Counted from the stretch's first letter, positions 21,870-33,574 are shown. The stretch: 64,000 bases of DNA from an uncultured Gemmatimonadaceae bacterium (GCA_963843845.1 CAWJMB010000002.1:1952001-2016000), one strand, 5' to 3'. The notes: generated from the letters alone by a model not told the origin. A program made the numbers and translations.

Positions 21870-23177
21870 ATGGGCACTGATCTTCGTCTTCCGACCGCGA
21901 ACATCGTCCGCCCCGATAAAGACCGCTTCCTGAACGAGGAGAATCCCTTCGAGGCGATGATGTCGCGCTTCGATCGCGCGGCCACCCTCCTCGACCTCGA
22001 TCCCGGGATCTACCAGGTCCTGCGCCACGCCGAGAAGCAGATCACGATCAGCATTCCGGTCGCGATGGACTCGGGCGAGGTGAAGGTGTTCACCGGGTAC
22101 CGCGTGCTCTACAACACGTCCCGCGGCCCCGCGAAGGGTGGTATCCGCTTCGACCTGGCGGTCACGCTCGACGAGGTCACGGCGCTCGCCGCCTGGATGA
22201 CGTGGAAGTGCGCCGTCGTGAACCTGCCGTTCGGCGGCTCGAAAGGCGGCGTCGTCTGCGACCCGATCCAGATGAGTGTCGGCGAACTGGAGCGCCTCAC
22301 GCGCCGCTACACGGCAGGCATCATCTCGACGCTCGGCCCCGACTCGGACGTGCCGGCGCCCGACGTGAACACGAACGAGCGCGTGATGGCGTGGGTCATG
22401 GATACCTATTCCATGCACATGCGCCACACGGTCACGTCGGTCGTCACCGGCAAGCCGGTGGAGATGGGCGGTTCGTTAGGCAGGCGCGAGGCGACGGGGC
22501 GCGGGTGCATGATCGTCACCATGCAGGCCCTCGAGCACCTCGGCATGGCGGTGAGTGGGACGACGGTCGCGGTGCAGGGGTTCGGAAACGTCGGATCGGT
22601 CGCTGCGCAACTGCTTCGTCGCGCGGGGTGCAAGATCGTCGCGATCAGCGACCGCACGGGCGGGGTGCACAACCCGAACGGCATCGACATCGATGCGGCG
22701 ATCGCGCACGTGCAGACGCACCGCACGCTCGACGGATTCGCGGGCGGCGGCGCGATCACGAACGATGAGCTTCTCACGCTCGACGTCGACGTCCTGCTGC
22801 CCGCCGCGCTCGAGAACGTCATCACGAGCAAGAACGCCTCGAAGATCCGCGCGAAGATCATCTGCGAGGGGGCGAACGGCCCGACGACGGCCGGTGCCGA
22901 CGCGATCCTGGACGAGAAAGGGATCTTCGTCATCCCCGACATCCTCGCGAACGCCGGCGGCGTCACGGTCTCCTACTTCGAGTGGGTGCAGGACCGCGGT
23001 GGCTACTTCTGGTCCGAGTCGACCGTCAACGAGCGCCTCGAAGACATCATGGTGCGCAGCTTTCAGGACGTGCTGAAGCTGTCCACGCAGCACCGGGTGA
23101 ACATGCGCACCGCCGCCTACATGCTCGCGATCAGCCGCGTCGCGACGGTCCACCGCCTCCGCGGCATCTACGCCTGA
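21870..23177 (+). CDS. gdhA: Glu/Leu/Phe/Val dehydrogenase (glutamate dehydrogenase)
   Basis: [63 protein letters not shown]. Confidence 0.93.
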   Translation: MGTDLRLPTANIVRPDKDRFLNEENPFEAMMSRFDRAATLLDLDPGIYQVLRHAEKQITISIPVAMDSGEVKVFTGYRVLYNTSRGPAKGGIRFDLAVTLDEVTALAAWMTWKCAVVNLPFGGSKGGVVCDPIQMSVGELERLTRRYTAGIISTLGPDSDVPAPDVNTNERVMAWVMDTYSMHMRHTVTSVVTGKPVEMGGSLGRREATGRGCMIVTMQALEHLGMAVSGTTVAVQGFGNVGSVAAQLLRRAGCKIVAISDRTGGVHNPNGIDIDAAIAHVQTHRTLDGFAGGGAITNDELLTLDVDVLLPAALENVITSKNASKIRAKIICEGANGPTTAGADAILDEKGIFVIPDILANAGGVTVSYFEWVQDRGGYFWSESTVNERLEDIMVRSFQDVLKLSTQHRVNMRTAAYMLAISRVATVHRLRGIYA

Positions 23178-23213
23178 GGGCGGTCGGCTCCGGGGCGCGC
23201 CGCCGACGCGGTC

Positions 23214-23678
23214 GTGCAGATCGTCGTCGCCGTGGTCGGCCGCGCGCAGGGCAGCATCGCCGAGAGCGTTCACGATTTCGAGATGCGGGCGGCGCGCTAC
23301 TGGCCGCTCCACGTCAGAGAAGTGCGATCCGAACCGGCGCGGAGCACGCTGCCCGAACACGTGAAGGCGCGCGAGGCTGAACGGCTCGCCGACGCGCTGC
23401 CGTCGACAGCGGTCATCGTGGCGTGCGACGAGCGCGGCGCCGGCTGGACCTCGGACGCGTTCGCGCGATGGCTCCAATCGCAGCGGGAGAGCGCACGCGA
23501 CGTCGCCTTCGTCATCGGGGGCGCGTTCGGGCTCGACGCCTCGCTCGTCGCCCGTGCCACGGTTCGCCTATCCCTCGCACCGTGGACGCTGCCCCACGAT
23601 CTCGCCCGCCTCGTGCTCGCCGAGCAGCTGTATCGGGCGGGGACGATCGTGCGCGGCGAGCCGTATCACAAGGTGTGA
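23214..23678 (+). CDS. rlmH: 23S rRNA pseudouridine-1915 N3-methyltransferase
   Basis: DERG, FVIGGAFG, TLPHDLARLVLAEQLYRA, GEPYHK. Confidence 0.93.
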   Translation: MQIVVAVVGRAQGSIAESVHDFEMRAARYWPLHVREVRSEPARSTLPEHVKAREAERLADALPSTAVIVACDERGAGWTSDAFARWLQSQRESARDVAFVIGGAFGLDASLVARATVRLSLAPWTLPHDLARLVLAEQLYRAGTIVRGEPYHKV

Positions 23679-23746
23679 ACCGTCGCGCCCGACCGTACCT
23701 TTCTCGCGTTCCACCGCCCACCGTTCACCCGATCGTCTTAACAGCA

Positions 23747-25387
23747 ATGTCCGACGCCGTGACGCCCTCCGCTGCGCCCGAAGTGCGCACCGAACCGCTC
23801 GGCGGGTCGGCGCTGTCTCGCGCGTTGCAAGCCGGAACGGCGCCGCACGAGTGGATGGAGGCGTCGCCGGCGTCACGTGAGGCGTGGCGCTCTCGCGCCG
23901 AGTCCGTGCGAACGGCCTACGCCGCCGGCGCGTGGCTCCAGCTGCTCGAGCCGGCGTTCGCGGCGAGCGGACGCGCCGCCGAACGTCTCGAGCGCGTCTC
24001 CCGCGGCGCCGGGGTGGTCGTGACGACAGGTCAGCAGCCCGGCTTGTTCGGGGGGCCGCTCTACACGCTGTCGAAGGCGATCAGCGCGCTCGCGCTCGCG
24101 GACGAGTTGGAGGACGCGACCGGCATCCCGGCGGCGCCCGTGTTCTGGGCGGCGACCGACGACGCCGACTTCGCCGAGGCGAGCTACACGATCGTCTCGG
24201 GGACGCACGGCGCGACCACGCTGCGGGCGCGCGCGACGGCGCTCGACGGCACGCCGATGTCGTCCGTTCCCCTCGGCGATGACGTGGCGGCCCTGGTCGA
24301 CGCGCTGCGTGCAGTGAGCGGGTCGGCGCCTAACGATTCCGTGCTCGCGGCGCTCGCGAGGGCGTACGAACCGGGGGGTACGGTGGGCGGCGCGTACGTC
24401 GCGCTGATGCGCGCCGTGCTCGAACCCCTCGGCGTCGCCGTGCTCGACGCGTCGCATCCCGCGACGCGCGAGGCCGGCTTCCACACCCTGCGGCGCGCGC
24501 TACTCCAATCCTCGGACGTCGAGCGGGCACTGAACGAGCGCACCGACGCCATCCGCGCGGCCGGGTTCACGCCGCAGGTGGAACAGGTACCAGGACTCTC
24601 GCTCGTCTTTCGGTACCAGCCCGACGATCGCAAGGCGCGTGTGCCGGTCGCCGACGCGCGAGCGCTCGTCACCAAGGTGCGCCACGGCGAGCTCGGGCCG
24701 AACGTGCTGCTGCGCCCCGTGGTCGAGCGCGCGATCCTTCCGACCGTCGCGTACGTCGCGGGTCCCGGCGAGCTCGCATACTTCGCGCAGGTCCGCGCCG
24801 TCGCGCAGGCGCTCGGCGCGGCGCAACCGCTCGCGGTTCCCAGGTGGTCCGGCACGGTCATCGAACCCGGCGTCCGCCGCGCACTCGATCGACTCGGCCT
24901 CACGGCGAGCGACCTCGCGGACCACCACGCGGTCGAAGCGCGCATCGCCGAGACGCGACTGCCGGACGGGGTGCGCGGCGTGTTCGACGCGATGCGTGCC
25001 CAGCTGCGCGCTCACGCGGCAGCGCTACACGCCGTCGGCCACGCACAACTCGCGGACGCTGCAGCGGCGGCGATCGTCAGCGTTCCCACGCGAGCCGTCG
25101 ACGGCGCGTTCGCGTCGCTCGCGCATCGTGTGGACCGCCTGGAGCGCCGGTACGTCGCGGCCGCGAAGCGCGTCGATGACGCGGCCGCGCGCGACCTCGC
25201 GTTCGCGCGTGGCTCGCTCTACCCGACCGGCACCCGGCAGGAGCGTGCTCTGAACGCGGTTCCGCTCCTCGCGCGTTACGGCGACGCGCTGACGACCGCG
25301 ATGCTCCGCAACGCGCGGCGCCATGCGCGTTCGGTCGTCGACCCGCCCCCGACGATGAGACACGGTGAGAGCGGCATCGGTGACTGA
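23747..25387 (+). CDS. bshC: Bacillithiol biosynthesis protein BshC
   Basis: VVTTGQQPGLFGGPLYTLSKA, PVFWAATDDADFAE, PNVLLRPV, YVAGPGELAYFAQ, QERALN. Confidence 0.88.
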   Translation: MSDAVTPSAAPEVRTEPLGGSALSRALQAGTAPHEWMEASPASREAWRSRAESVRTAYAAGAWLQLLEPAFAASGRAAERLERVSRGAGVVVTTGQQPGLFGGPLYTLSKAISALALADELEDATGIPAAPVFWAATDDADFAEASYTIVSGTHGATTLRARATALDGTPMSSVPLGDDVAALVDALRAVSGSAPNDSVLAALARAYEPGGTVGGAYVALMRAVLEPLGVAVLDASHPATREAGFHTLRRALLQSSDVERALNERTDAIRAAGFTPQVEQVPGLSLVFRYQPDDRKARVPVADARALVTKVRHGELGPNVLLRPVVERAILPTVAYVAGPGELAYFAQVRAVAQALGAAQPLAVPRWSGTVIEPGVRRALDRLGLTASDLADHHAVEARIAETRLPDGVRGVFDAMRAQLRAHAAALHAVGHAQLADAAAAAIVSVPTRAVDGAFASLAHRVDRLERRYVAAAKRVDDAAARDLAFARGSLYPTGTRQERALNAVPLLARYGDALTTAMLRNARRHARSVVDPPPTMRHGESGIGD

Positions 25388-26999
25388 TGCCCGCTGACGC
25401 GCGGCCGCCGCGACGCGTCGCCGCGGCTGCGCTCGTCGCGTTAGGCATCTTCCTCTCGCGCGTCTTCGGTCTCGTTCGCAGCCGGGCGATGGCGCGCTAC
25501 CTCGGCACGACCGATGCCGCCGACGCGTTCACGTCGGCGCTGCGCATCCCGAACGTCTTGCAGAACCTGTTCGGTGAAGGGGTGCTCTCGGCATCGTTCA
25601 TCCCCGTGTACGCGAAGCTGCTCGCCGAGGAACGGAATGAAGAGGCGGACCGCGTCGCCGGCGCGGTGCTGGGCCTGCTCGCGGCGACCGTGACGTTGCT
25701 CGTCGCGGCCGGCGTGCTCGCGACGCCGTTCTTCGTCGACACGATCGCGTCCGGCTTCTCCGGTGAGAAGCGTGAGCTGACCGTCCGCCTCGTGCGCATC
25801 CTCTTTCCGGGCACGGGGCTGCTCGTCCTGTCCGCGTGGTGTCTCGGTGTGCTGAACAGCCACCGCCATTTCTTCCTCTCGTACGCGGCCCCGATCGTCT
25901 GGAACCTGGCGATCATCGCCGGGCTCGTGATCGGTGCGCGCAGCGGACTGCGCGGCGGCGCACTCGTCACTCGGGTCGCGTGGTGGACCGTCGCGGGAAG
26001 CTTCCTGCAAGTCGCCGTGCAGCTTCCCGTCGCGTTCCGACGACTCGGCCGCTTCCGCCCGTCGCTCGACACGACGCTGCCGCACGTGCGGACCGTGGTG
26101 CGCAACTTCGTCCCGGTCTTCTTCGGACGCGGCGCCGTGCAGATCAGCGCCTACGTCGACATGAACTTCGCGAGTCAGCTCGGCACGGGCGCGCAAGCGG
26201 CGCTCGGCTACGCGCAGGCGATCTACCTGCTTCCGATCGGGCTGTTCGGGATGTCCGTCTCCGCTGCGCAGCTTCCGTCGATGTCGGGCGAGTTAGGGAC
26301 CGACGCGGAGGTGTGCGCGGCGCTCCGATCGCGCCTGCTCGCCGGGCTCCGACAGGTCGCGTTCTTCGTCGTTCCGTCTGCGGTCGCCTTTCTCGCGCTG
26401 GGCGACATCATCACCGCGCTGATCTATCAGAGCGGCGCGTTCCGCCGCGGACAGACGGTGTACGTGTGGGGGATCCTCGCCGGGTCCGCGGTCGGGTTAC
26501 TCGCGACGACCCTCGCGCGGCTGTACTCGTCGACGTTCTACGCCCTCAAGGATACGCGCACGCCGTTGCGCTACGCGCTCGTGCGCATCGCGCTCACCAT
26601 CGCACTCGGCTGGGTGTTCGCCTTCCCGCTCCCGCCGCTCCTTGGCCTCGACCGCGGTGGGGTGTGGCCGGGTTGACGGTCTCGTCGGGCATCGCCGGGT
26701 GGATCGAGTTCATCCTGCTGCGTGACCGCCTCGCGAAGCGGATCGGGACGCTCGCCGTCGCCGCTGCGGCTCACGCTCGGACTGTGGTTCGCGGCCGGCA
26801 TCGCGGCAGCGTGCGCATGGGGTGTGAAGCTCGCCGTCGGCGTGAGCCGGCCGTGGCTGGGCGGCGCGACGATTCTGGCGGTCTACGGATCGTCTACGCC
26901 GGCGTCACGTACGCCTCGAAAGTTCCAGAAGCGCACGCTCTGGTTCAGCGCGCGATGCGCCGGGGCGCCCGACGGACGACGCCGTCGTCGCCCGCGTGA
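25387..26999 (+). CDS. murJ: Lipid II flippase MurJ, C-terminal frameshifts at ~26660-26890
   Basis: SRVFGLVR, ADAF, RIPNVLQNLFGEGVLSASFIP, FYALKDTRTP; last TM helices scattered over ORFs 25836..26999 and 26722..27054. Confidence 0.9.
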
Positions 27000-27056
27000 C
27001 GTCGCCGCCGCGGCGAGCGTCGGGAACGCGCCGGTGAGTCACAGGTACAGGTAGGC

Positions 27057-28928
27057 ATGATCCCAGCGCCCGACCTCGTCGCCTCCAAACTGCTCCACCT
27101 CCCGGAATCGCCCGGCGTCTACCTGTGGAAGGACGCCGACGGGACGGTGCTGTACGTGGGGAAGGCGAAGCGCCTCCGCTCACGCGTTCGCAACTACTTC
27201 GCGAGCGATCACGCCGAGAGCCCGAAGACGCGCGCGCTCGTGCGCGGCATTCGGGACGTGGAGACGATCGTCGTGCCGACCGAGGCGCATGCGCTGATCC
27301 TCGAGGCGAACCTCATCAAGGAGTACAAGCCGCGCTTCAACATCGCGCTCCGCGACGACAAGTCGTACCCGTACATCAAGGTCACCGTCAACGAGGCGTT
27401 CCCGCGCGTCTACGTCACGCGCCGCCTCGTGAACGACGGAGCGCGCTACTTCGGTCCGTACACCGATGTCGGTGCGATGCGGCGCGCGCTGAACGTGGTC
27501 AAGCGGATCTTCACGGTACGGTCGTGCAACTACGACATGCCGCGAGAGATGCCCGAGCGCGCATGCCTCGACTTCGCGATCAAGCGATGCAAGGCGCCCT
27601 GCATCTTCAACCAGACGCGGGACGATTACGCCGCCATGATCGATGAGGTCCTCGTCTTTCTCGATGGAAAGACCGACGAGGTGAAGCGGCGGATCGGTGA
27701 CCGGATGCGGGCGGCGGCCGAGTCGCTCGACTTCGAGCGCGCGGGCGAGTTGCGGGACGCGCTGCGCCACCTCGATCGGATGCAGGAGCCGACCGTCGTA
27801 CTCGAGATCGAAGGCGGGGACCGCGATGTGGTCGGGTATGCGCGCGACGGCGACGACGCGTGCGTCGCCGTCATGCGCATCCGCGGTGGCAAGTTGCTCG
27901 CGCGGGAGCACCGCTTCATGGAGAACATCGACGGTGCGGAGGACGGCGAGGTGTTGGGCGCCTTCCTCGCCCGCGCGTACCTCGGCGCGCCGGAGCGCTC
28001 CTCCGAGCTGCTCGTGCCATTCGAGTTCGCGGATCGCGAGGCGCTCGAGGCATCGCTCGAGAAGACGCGCGTGCACCTGCCGCAGCGCGGCTCGCGGCGC
28101 CAGCTCGTCGACCTCGCGCAGTCGAATGCGCGCCATCTGCTCGAGGAGTTCAAGCTCGCAGCCATGGAGGCCGACGAGCGCGCCGCCGACCCCGTCTACG
28201 AACTGCAGCGCGAGCTCGGGCTCCGGCGACTGCCACGGTCGCTCGTGTGCTTCGACATCTCGCACGCGCAGGGAACCGATACGGTCGCGTCGTGCGTCTG
28301 GTTCGAGAACGGCCGCGCGAAGCGATCGGAATACCGCAAGTTCAAAGTCGAGTCCGTCGTCGGGATCGACGATTTCGCGTCGATGCGTGAAGTCGTCGGC
28401 CGCTATTTCCGGCGGCGGCGCGACGAGGAACGTCCGATCCCCGATCTCGTCGTGATCGACGGCGGAAAGGGACAGCTCAGCGCGGCACGCGAGGCGCTCG
28501 AGGCGTTGGACATGCGCGACCAGGCGATCATCTCGCTCGCGAAGCGAGACGAGGAAGTGTTCGTCGTCGGGCGCAGTGACCCGATCCGCATCTCACGGCG
28601 ATCGCCGGCGCTGCGGATGCTCCAGCAGGCACGCGACGAGGCGCACCGATTCGCCGTGACGTTCCAGCGGAAACGCCGCTCGGTCCGCACGGTGACCTCG
28701 GCGCTGATGAGCATCCCCGGTGTGGGGCCGACGAAGCGGCGGCAGCTGCTTCAGGCGTTCGGCAGTATCCAGGGCGTGAGCGCCGCCTCGCCCGAGCAGA
28801 TCGCCGAACTCCCGGGTTGGAGCGTGGGATCGGCCGTGAAGCTGCTCGCGGCGCTCGCGGATGCGTCGCCGACGCGGGCCGCCGCGCCCGCCGAGACGTC
28901 GGTCGAGGCGCCTGCCGTCGACGGGTGA
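27057..28928 (+). CDS. uvrC: Excinuclease ABC subunit C
   Basis: PGVYLWKD..LYVGKAKRLRSRV (GIY-YIG), DDKSYPY, CFDISH, IDGGKGQL, RDEAHRFA, HhH IPGVGP. Confidence 0.97.
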   Translation: MIPAPDLVASKLLHLPESPGVYLWKDADGTVLYVGKAKRLRSRVRNYFASDHAESPKTRALVRGIRDVETIVVPTEAHALILEANLIKEYKPRFNIALRDDKSYPYIKVTVNEAFPRVYVTRRLVNDGARYFGPYTDVGAMRRALNVVKRIFTVRSCNYDMPREMPERACLDFAIKRCKAPCIFNQTRDDYAAMIDEVLVFLDGKTDEVKRRIGDRMRAAAESLDFERAGELRDALRHLDRMQEPTVVLEIEGGDRDVVGYARDGDDACVAVMRIRGGKLLAREHRFMENIDGAEDGEVLGAFLARAYLGAPERSSELLVPFEFADREALEASLEKTRVHLPQRGSRRQLVDLAQSNARHLLEEFKLAAMEADERAADPVYELQRELGLRRLPRSLVCFDISHAQGTDTVASCVWFENGRAKRSEYRKFKVESVVGIDDFASMREVVGRYFRRRRDEERPIPDLVVIDGGKGQLSAAREALEALDMRDQAIISLAKRDEEVFVVGRSDPIRISRRSPALRMLQQARDEAHRFAVTFQRKRRSVRTVTSALMSIPGVGPTKRRQLLQAFGSIQGVSAASPEQIAELPGWSVGSAVKLLAALADASPTRAAAPAETSVEAPAVDG

Positions 28929-28986
28929 GTCGTGACACGACCGGTGCGCGCGGTTAGCGTTCCGCCCGACCTCGACCCGCGACGCC

Positions 28987-30132
28987 GTGCCTACCTGGAC
29001 TCTCTCCTGTTCGTCGTGCGACTACGCCCAGCCGGGCGATCAGCGCGCCAACGTCTGCCCCAAGTGCGGGCAGCCGCTCTTCGCTCACTACGATCGCGTC
29101 GAGCGTGGCGCGATCACGGCCCGATGGGACCTGTGGCGCTACGCCGCGGCCCTTCCGCTCGCGGACGGCGAGTCGCCGGTCGCGCTCGGCGAAGGGCTCA
29201 CACCGATGATCGATGCGCCGGCCCTTGCACGCGCCATCGGCGTGCGCCGGCTGTGGATCAAGGACGAAGGGCAGAACCCGACGGCGAGCTTCAAGGCGCG
29301 AGGGATGAGCGCCGCCGTCACGCGGGCGAAGGCGCTCGGCGCGGCGGGGCTCGTCGTGCCGACGGCGGGTAACGCCGGCGCGGCCATCGCAGCGTACGGC
29401 GCGGCTGCTGCACTCCCCGTGCGGGTCTACGCGCCGCGGACGACGCCGTTCCCGATCCTCAACACCATCCGCGCGCTGGGCGCCGACCTCCAGACGATCG
29501 ACGGCCACATCGGCGACGCGGGGAAGCTCGCTGCCGCGTTCGCCGGCGAGAGCGACTTCTTCAACGTGAGCACGCTCCGCGAGCCGTACCGCGTCGAAGG
29601 GATGAAGACGATGGGCTACGAAGTCGCCGAACAGCTCGGGTGGCGCCTGCCCGATGCGATCGTGTATCCGACGGGGGGCGGGGAAGGGACCGTCGGCATC
29701 TGGAAGGCGATCGCGGAGATGCGCGCGTGGGGATGGGTGGCGTCCGAGGCGCCGCGCCCGCGGATGATCGTCGCGCAGAGCGCCGGGTGCGCGCCGATCG
29801 TGCGGGCGTTCCGGGCGGGGCAGTCGCACGCGACGCCATGGGAGGGGCCCGTCACCTACGCCGCGGGCCTCCGCGTTCCCGGCCCGTTGGGCGACCGTCT
29901 CCTGCTCCGCACCCTGGCGGAGAGCGGCGGTGACGCCGAGGCAGTCGACGACGACACGATCCGCGCGGCGACGTCGCAGCTCGCCGCCGCGACCGGCATC
30001 GACGCGGCGCCGGAAGGCGGCTGCGCGCTCGCCGCGACGCAACGGCTCGTCGCGGAAGGGCGGCTGTCGCGCGACGCCGAAGTCGTGCTGTTCAACACGG
30101 GCAGCGGAGCGTCGTACCGACTCGAACACTGA
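28987..30132 (+). CDS. thrC: Threonine synthase-like PLP enzyme
   Basis: N-terminal CxxC..CxxC, LGEGLTP, KDEGQNPTASFKARG, TAGNAG, EGMKTMGYE, FNTGSG. Confidence 0.8.
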   Translation: MPTWTLSCSSCDYAQPGDQRANVCPKCGQPLFAHYDRVERGAITARWDLWRYAAALPLADGESPVALGEGLTPMIDAPALARAIGVRRLWIKDEGQNPTASFKARGMSAAVTRAKALGAAGLVVPTAGNAGAAIAAYGAAAALPVRVYAPRTTPFPILNTIRALGADLQTIDGHIGDAGKLAAAFAGESDFFNVSTLREPYRVEGMKTMGYEVAEQLGWRLPDAIVYPTGGGEGTVGIWKAIAEMRAWGWVASEAPRPRMIVAQSAGCAPIVRAFRAGQSHATPWEGPVTYAAGLRVPGPLGDRLLLRTLAESGGDAEAVDDDTIRAATSQLAAATGIDAAPEGGCALAATQRLVAEGRLSRDAEVVLFNTGSGASYRLEH

Positions 30133-30204
30133 GAGTCCGCTCTCGCGATGACGGCGTAAGTCTTTGCTGCGCCTTGCTTTCGGAGATCTGATCTCCTAAG
30201 TTGC

Positions 30205-31551
30205 ATGACTTCGGGCGCCGCGCGGTCGCGGCGCCGCTCGGTCACTCAGGAGGCCCGCGTGGTTCGCGTCTCGAAGGTCCATCCAGCCAGCATCGCCGAC
30301 GAGCTGGGCGTCGTGGCCGGGACGCAACTGCTGACGGTGAATGGCCGCGAGCTCGCGGATTTCCTCGACTGGGAATTCCTCGGCGCCGACGACGAACTCG
30401 TCATCGAGGCGCGGACGCCGACCGGCGAGGACGTCGTCTACGAGATCGAGCGCGATCCCGGCGAGCCGTTCGGGATCGAGCTCGAGCCGCCCACGGTACG
30501 GCGCTGCGCGAACCGGTGCGAGTTCTGCTTCATCGAGGGGCTGCCGAAGGGGTTGCGCAAGAACCTGTACGTGCGGGATGACGACTACCGGCTGTCGTTC
30601 GCGTACGGCAACTTCGCGACGCTCTCGAATCTCAAGGACCGGGACTTCGCGCGCATCATCGAGTACCGACTCTCTCCGCTCTACGTGTCGGTGCACGCCA
30701 CGCCCTGGGAAGCGCGCAAGGTGCTGCTGAACAACCCGCGCGCACCGAACATCGTCGAGCAGCTCGCGCGATTGCGATCGGGCGGCATTCAGCTGCATGC
30801 GCAGATGGTGATCGTGCCGGGACTGAACGACGGCGACGTCCTCGAAGCCTCGTTCACCGATCTCTGGAACCTCGGCGACACGGTCCTCTCGGTCGCGATC
30901 GTCCCGGTCGGGACGACACAGTTCTCGCATCTCTACGACGGCAAGCCGATGGACGCCGACAACGCGGGCCGCCTGCTCGACGTCGTCGAGCGCTGGGAGA
31001 CGCGCGCGCTCGCCGAGCGTGGCGAGCGATGGGTCTACGGCTCGGACGAGCTCTATCTGCTCGCTGGCCGGCCGCTCCCGGGCGTGGAGCACTACGGCGA
31101 CTTCTCGCAGATCGAGAACGGCGTCGGCGCGGTCACCGCGCTGCGGCAGCGCGTGGCCGAGGGGGTCGCGGAGCTCCCGCGCCTCGACGGCCGCCGGATC
31201 GGCGTCGTCACCGGTGTGTCGATGGCGCCGCTCATGCCCGCGCTTCTCGAACGGCTCGCGCAGCAGACTGGCGCGACGTTCGAGCTGATTCCGACCACGA
31301 ACTCGTTGTTCGGCGACACGGTCACGACGGCGGGACTCCTCGTCGGTGCGGACGTTCGTCGTGCGCTGCACGGCCGTCACGACCTCGACCTCGCGCTCAT
31401 CCCCGCGGAGACCATCAACGACGCGGGACTGTTCCTCGACGATGAGCCGTTCGTCGTCGTGCGCGAGTCGCTGCCGATGCCGGTCTATCCGTCGTACGAT
31501 TTTCTCGACGTGCTGTCGCTGGAAGGCGAGCCGTCCCTCCTCGCCGCCTAA
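30205..31551 (+). CDS. PDZ + radical-SAM DUF512 family protein
   Basis: SIADELG PDZ start, CANRCEFC (CxxxCxxC), DDDYRLSFAYGNFATLSN, RLSPLYVSVH, QIENGVG. Confidence 0.88.
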   Translation: MTSGAARSRRRSVTQEARVVRVSKVHPASIADELGVVAGTQLLTVNGRELADFLDWEFLGADDELVIEARTPTGEDVVYEIERDPGEPFGIELEPPTVRRCANRCEFCFIEGLPKGLRKNLYVRDDDYRLSFAYGNFATLSNLKDRDFARIIEYRLSPLYVSVHATPWEARKVLLNNPRAPNIVEQLARLRSGGIQLHAQMVIVPGLNDGDVLEASFTDLWNLGDTVLSVAIVPVGTTQFSHLYDGKPMDADNAGRLLDVVERWETRALAERGERWVYGSDELYLLAGRPLPGVEHYGDFSQIENGVGAVTALRQRVAEGVAELPRLDGRRIGVVTGVSMAPLMPALLERLAQQTGATFELIPTTNSLFGDTVTTAGLLVGADVRRALHGRHDLDLALIPAETINDAGLFLDDEPFVVVRESLPMPVYPSYDFLDVLSLEGEPSLLAA

Positions 31552-31568
31552 CGACCGCCTCACCGCTC

Positions 31569-32906
31569 ATGTCACTCCCAGTCGTCGCGCTCGTCGGCCG
31601 ACCGAACGTCGGCAAGTCTGCGCTGTTCAACCGCCTCATCGGCAGTCACGACGCGATCGTCAGCGAGGAGGCCGGCACCACGCGCGATCGCCACTTCGGT
31701 CGCGTCGAGTGGAACGGCAAGACGTTCTGGCTCGTCGACACCGGCGGCATCGTCGAGGACTCGTCGGTGCCGATGGACGTCGAGATTCGCAAGCAGGTCC
31801 TGCAGGCGATCGGCGAGGCTGACCTCGTGCTCTTCCTCGCCGATGCGAAGGTCGGCGTGCACCCCAGCGACGCGCGCGTCGTCGATCTGTTGCGCGACTC
31901 CCGGAAGCCGTGGATCATCGCCGCGAACAAGGTCGATCGTCCCGAGAGCACGGACTGGTACGAGATGTACCGACTCGGTGCCGGCGATCCGATTCCCGTG
32001 TCCGCGGCGAATGGCACGGGCTCGGGTGACCTGCTCGACGAGATCACCGCGCGGCTGCCGGAACAGAACGACGAGCCGCCGACGGCGTTGCGCGTCGCGG
32101 TCGTCGGCCGACCCAACGTCGGGAAATCGTCGTTCGTGAACCGCCTGCTCGGTGAGGACCGACTCGTCGTGTCCGAGGTCGCGGGCACGACGCGCGACGC
32201 GATCGACACGCCGATGCGGTATCACGACCGCGACCTGATCTTCGTCGACACGGCGGGCTTGCGACGCCAGTCGAAGGTCGAGGACGGCGTGGAATTCTAC
32301 TCGGGGCTGCGAACGCGCCGGGCGATCGAAGGCGCCGACGTCTGCGTCCTCATGGTCGACGCGACGTTGGGCGTCGAGAACCAGGACCTCAAGATCGCGA
32401 CCCTCGCCTGGGAGCAGGGGCGCTCGCTGATCCTCGTGATCAACAAGTGGGACCTGAAAGACAAGGACGGCAAGACCGCCGACAAGTTCAAGAAGGACCT
32501 CGTCGAGAAAGTGCCGTACTTCGCGTGGGTGCCCTTCCTGTTCACCTCGGCCGTCACCGGACAGCGGGTGCACAAGGTGCTCGACGTGATCCTCGAGGTC
32601 GAGCGCGAGCGCACGAAGCGGATCTCGACGTCACAGATCAACGACGCGCTCGAGGAGATGGTGCAGCGCCTCCAGCCGCCACAAGCGGCGGGAAATGAGG
32701 TGCGACTCACCTACGCCACGCAGGCGGAGACGGCGCCACCGTCGATCCTCGTGTTCGGTAATCACCCGGACCTCGTGCAGGAGCACTACATCCGCTACCT
32801 GCACAACGGCTTCCGCGAGCGGTACGGCTTCATCGGCAACCCGTTGCGCGTGCTCATGCGGCACAAGAACTCGCCGAGCACCGACCACCGTCGCGTTCGC
32901 GCGTGA
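31569..32906 (+). CDS. der: Ribosome biogenesis GTPase Der/EngA
   Basis: Two GRPNVGKS / GTTRD / DTxG / NKxD GTPase modules plus KH-like C-terminus. Confidence 0.97.
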   Translation: MSLPVVALVGRPNVGKSALFNRLIGSHDAIVSEEAGTTRDRHFGRVEWNGKTFWLVDTGGIVEDSSVPMDVEIRKQVLQAIGEADLVLFLADAKVGVHPSDARVVDLLRDSRKPWIIAANKVDRPESTDWYEMYRLGAGDPIPVSAANGTGSGDLLDEITARLPEQNDEPPTALRVAVVGRPNVGKSSFVNRLLGEDRLVVSEVAGTTRDAIDTPMRYHDRDLIFVDTAGLRRQSKVEDGVEFYSGLRTRRAIEGADVCVLMVDATLGVENQDLKIATLAWEQGRSLILVINKWDLKDKDGKTADKFKKDLVEKVPYFAWVPFLFTSAVTGQRVHKVLDVILEVERERTKRISTSQINDALEEMVQRLQPPQAAGNEVRLTYATQAETAPPSILVFGNHPDLVQEHYIRYLHNGFRERYGFIGNPLRVLMRHKNSPSTDHRRVRA

Positions 32907-33546
32907 GCAACGGCGCACTCGTCGCGTCAGGCATCGTCGGGGCGTATGCCGCCGGGTCGATCCCCGCGGCGTGGCTCGCGGGGCGCGCGTGTGGTGTCGA
33001 TCTGCGAGCGCACGGATCGGGAAACCTCGGCGCGACCAACGCGTGGCGTGTACTGGGGTGGAAGATCGGTCTGCTCGTGTACGCCGTAGACACACTGAAG
33101 GGCGCGCTCCCCGTCCTCTTGCTCCCGCGACCGTCGTCCATCGCCCGAGCTGGCGGCGATCGCCTTCGGCATCGCGGCGATCGCGGGTCACGTGCGACCC
33201 GTGTTCCTTGGCTTCCAGAAGGGCGGCAAGGGCGTCGCCACGGCAGGGGGCGTATTCGTCGCGCTCGCGCCGGTCGCGTTCCTCATCGCGTTCGGCGTCT
33301 TCGTCGCGAACGTTCCTCGCGAGCGGCTATGTCTCGCTGGGCTCGCTCGCGTCCGCCGCGGCGCTCCCGATCGCGATCTGGTTCACCGTGGCGACGGCCG
33401 ATCGACGCGCGCTCGTCGTCGTCGGGCTCGTCGTCGCCGCGTTCGTGTTCTTCACCCATCGAGCGAACATCGGCCGACTGCGGCGCGGGGAGGAGAACCG
33501 GTTCCGCGTCGGCCGCCGACGGGCGGACGCCGAGGCGCCTCGCTGA
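32903..33546 (+). CDS. plsY: Glycerol-3-phosphate acyltransferase PlsY, frameshifted
   Basis: GSIP, GSGNLGATN, DTLKG, GH..PVFLGFQKGGKGVAT, HRANIGRL..GEE spread over three frames. Confidence 0.9.
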
Positions 33547-33574
33547 TGTCGTCATCGAGCGCCGAGCGCGGCCG

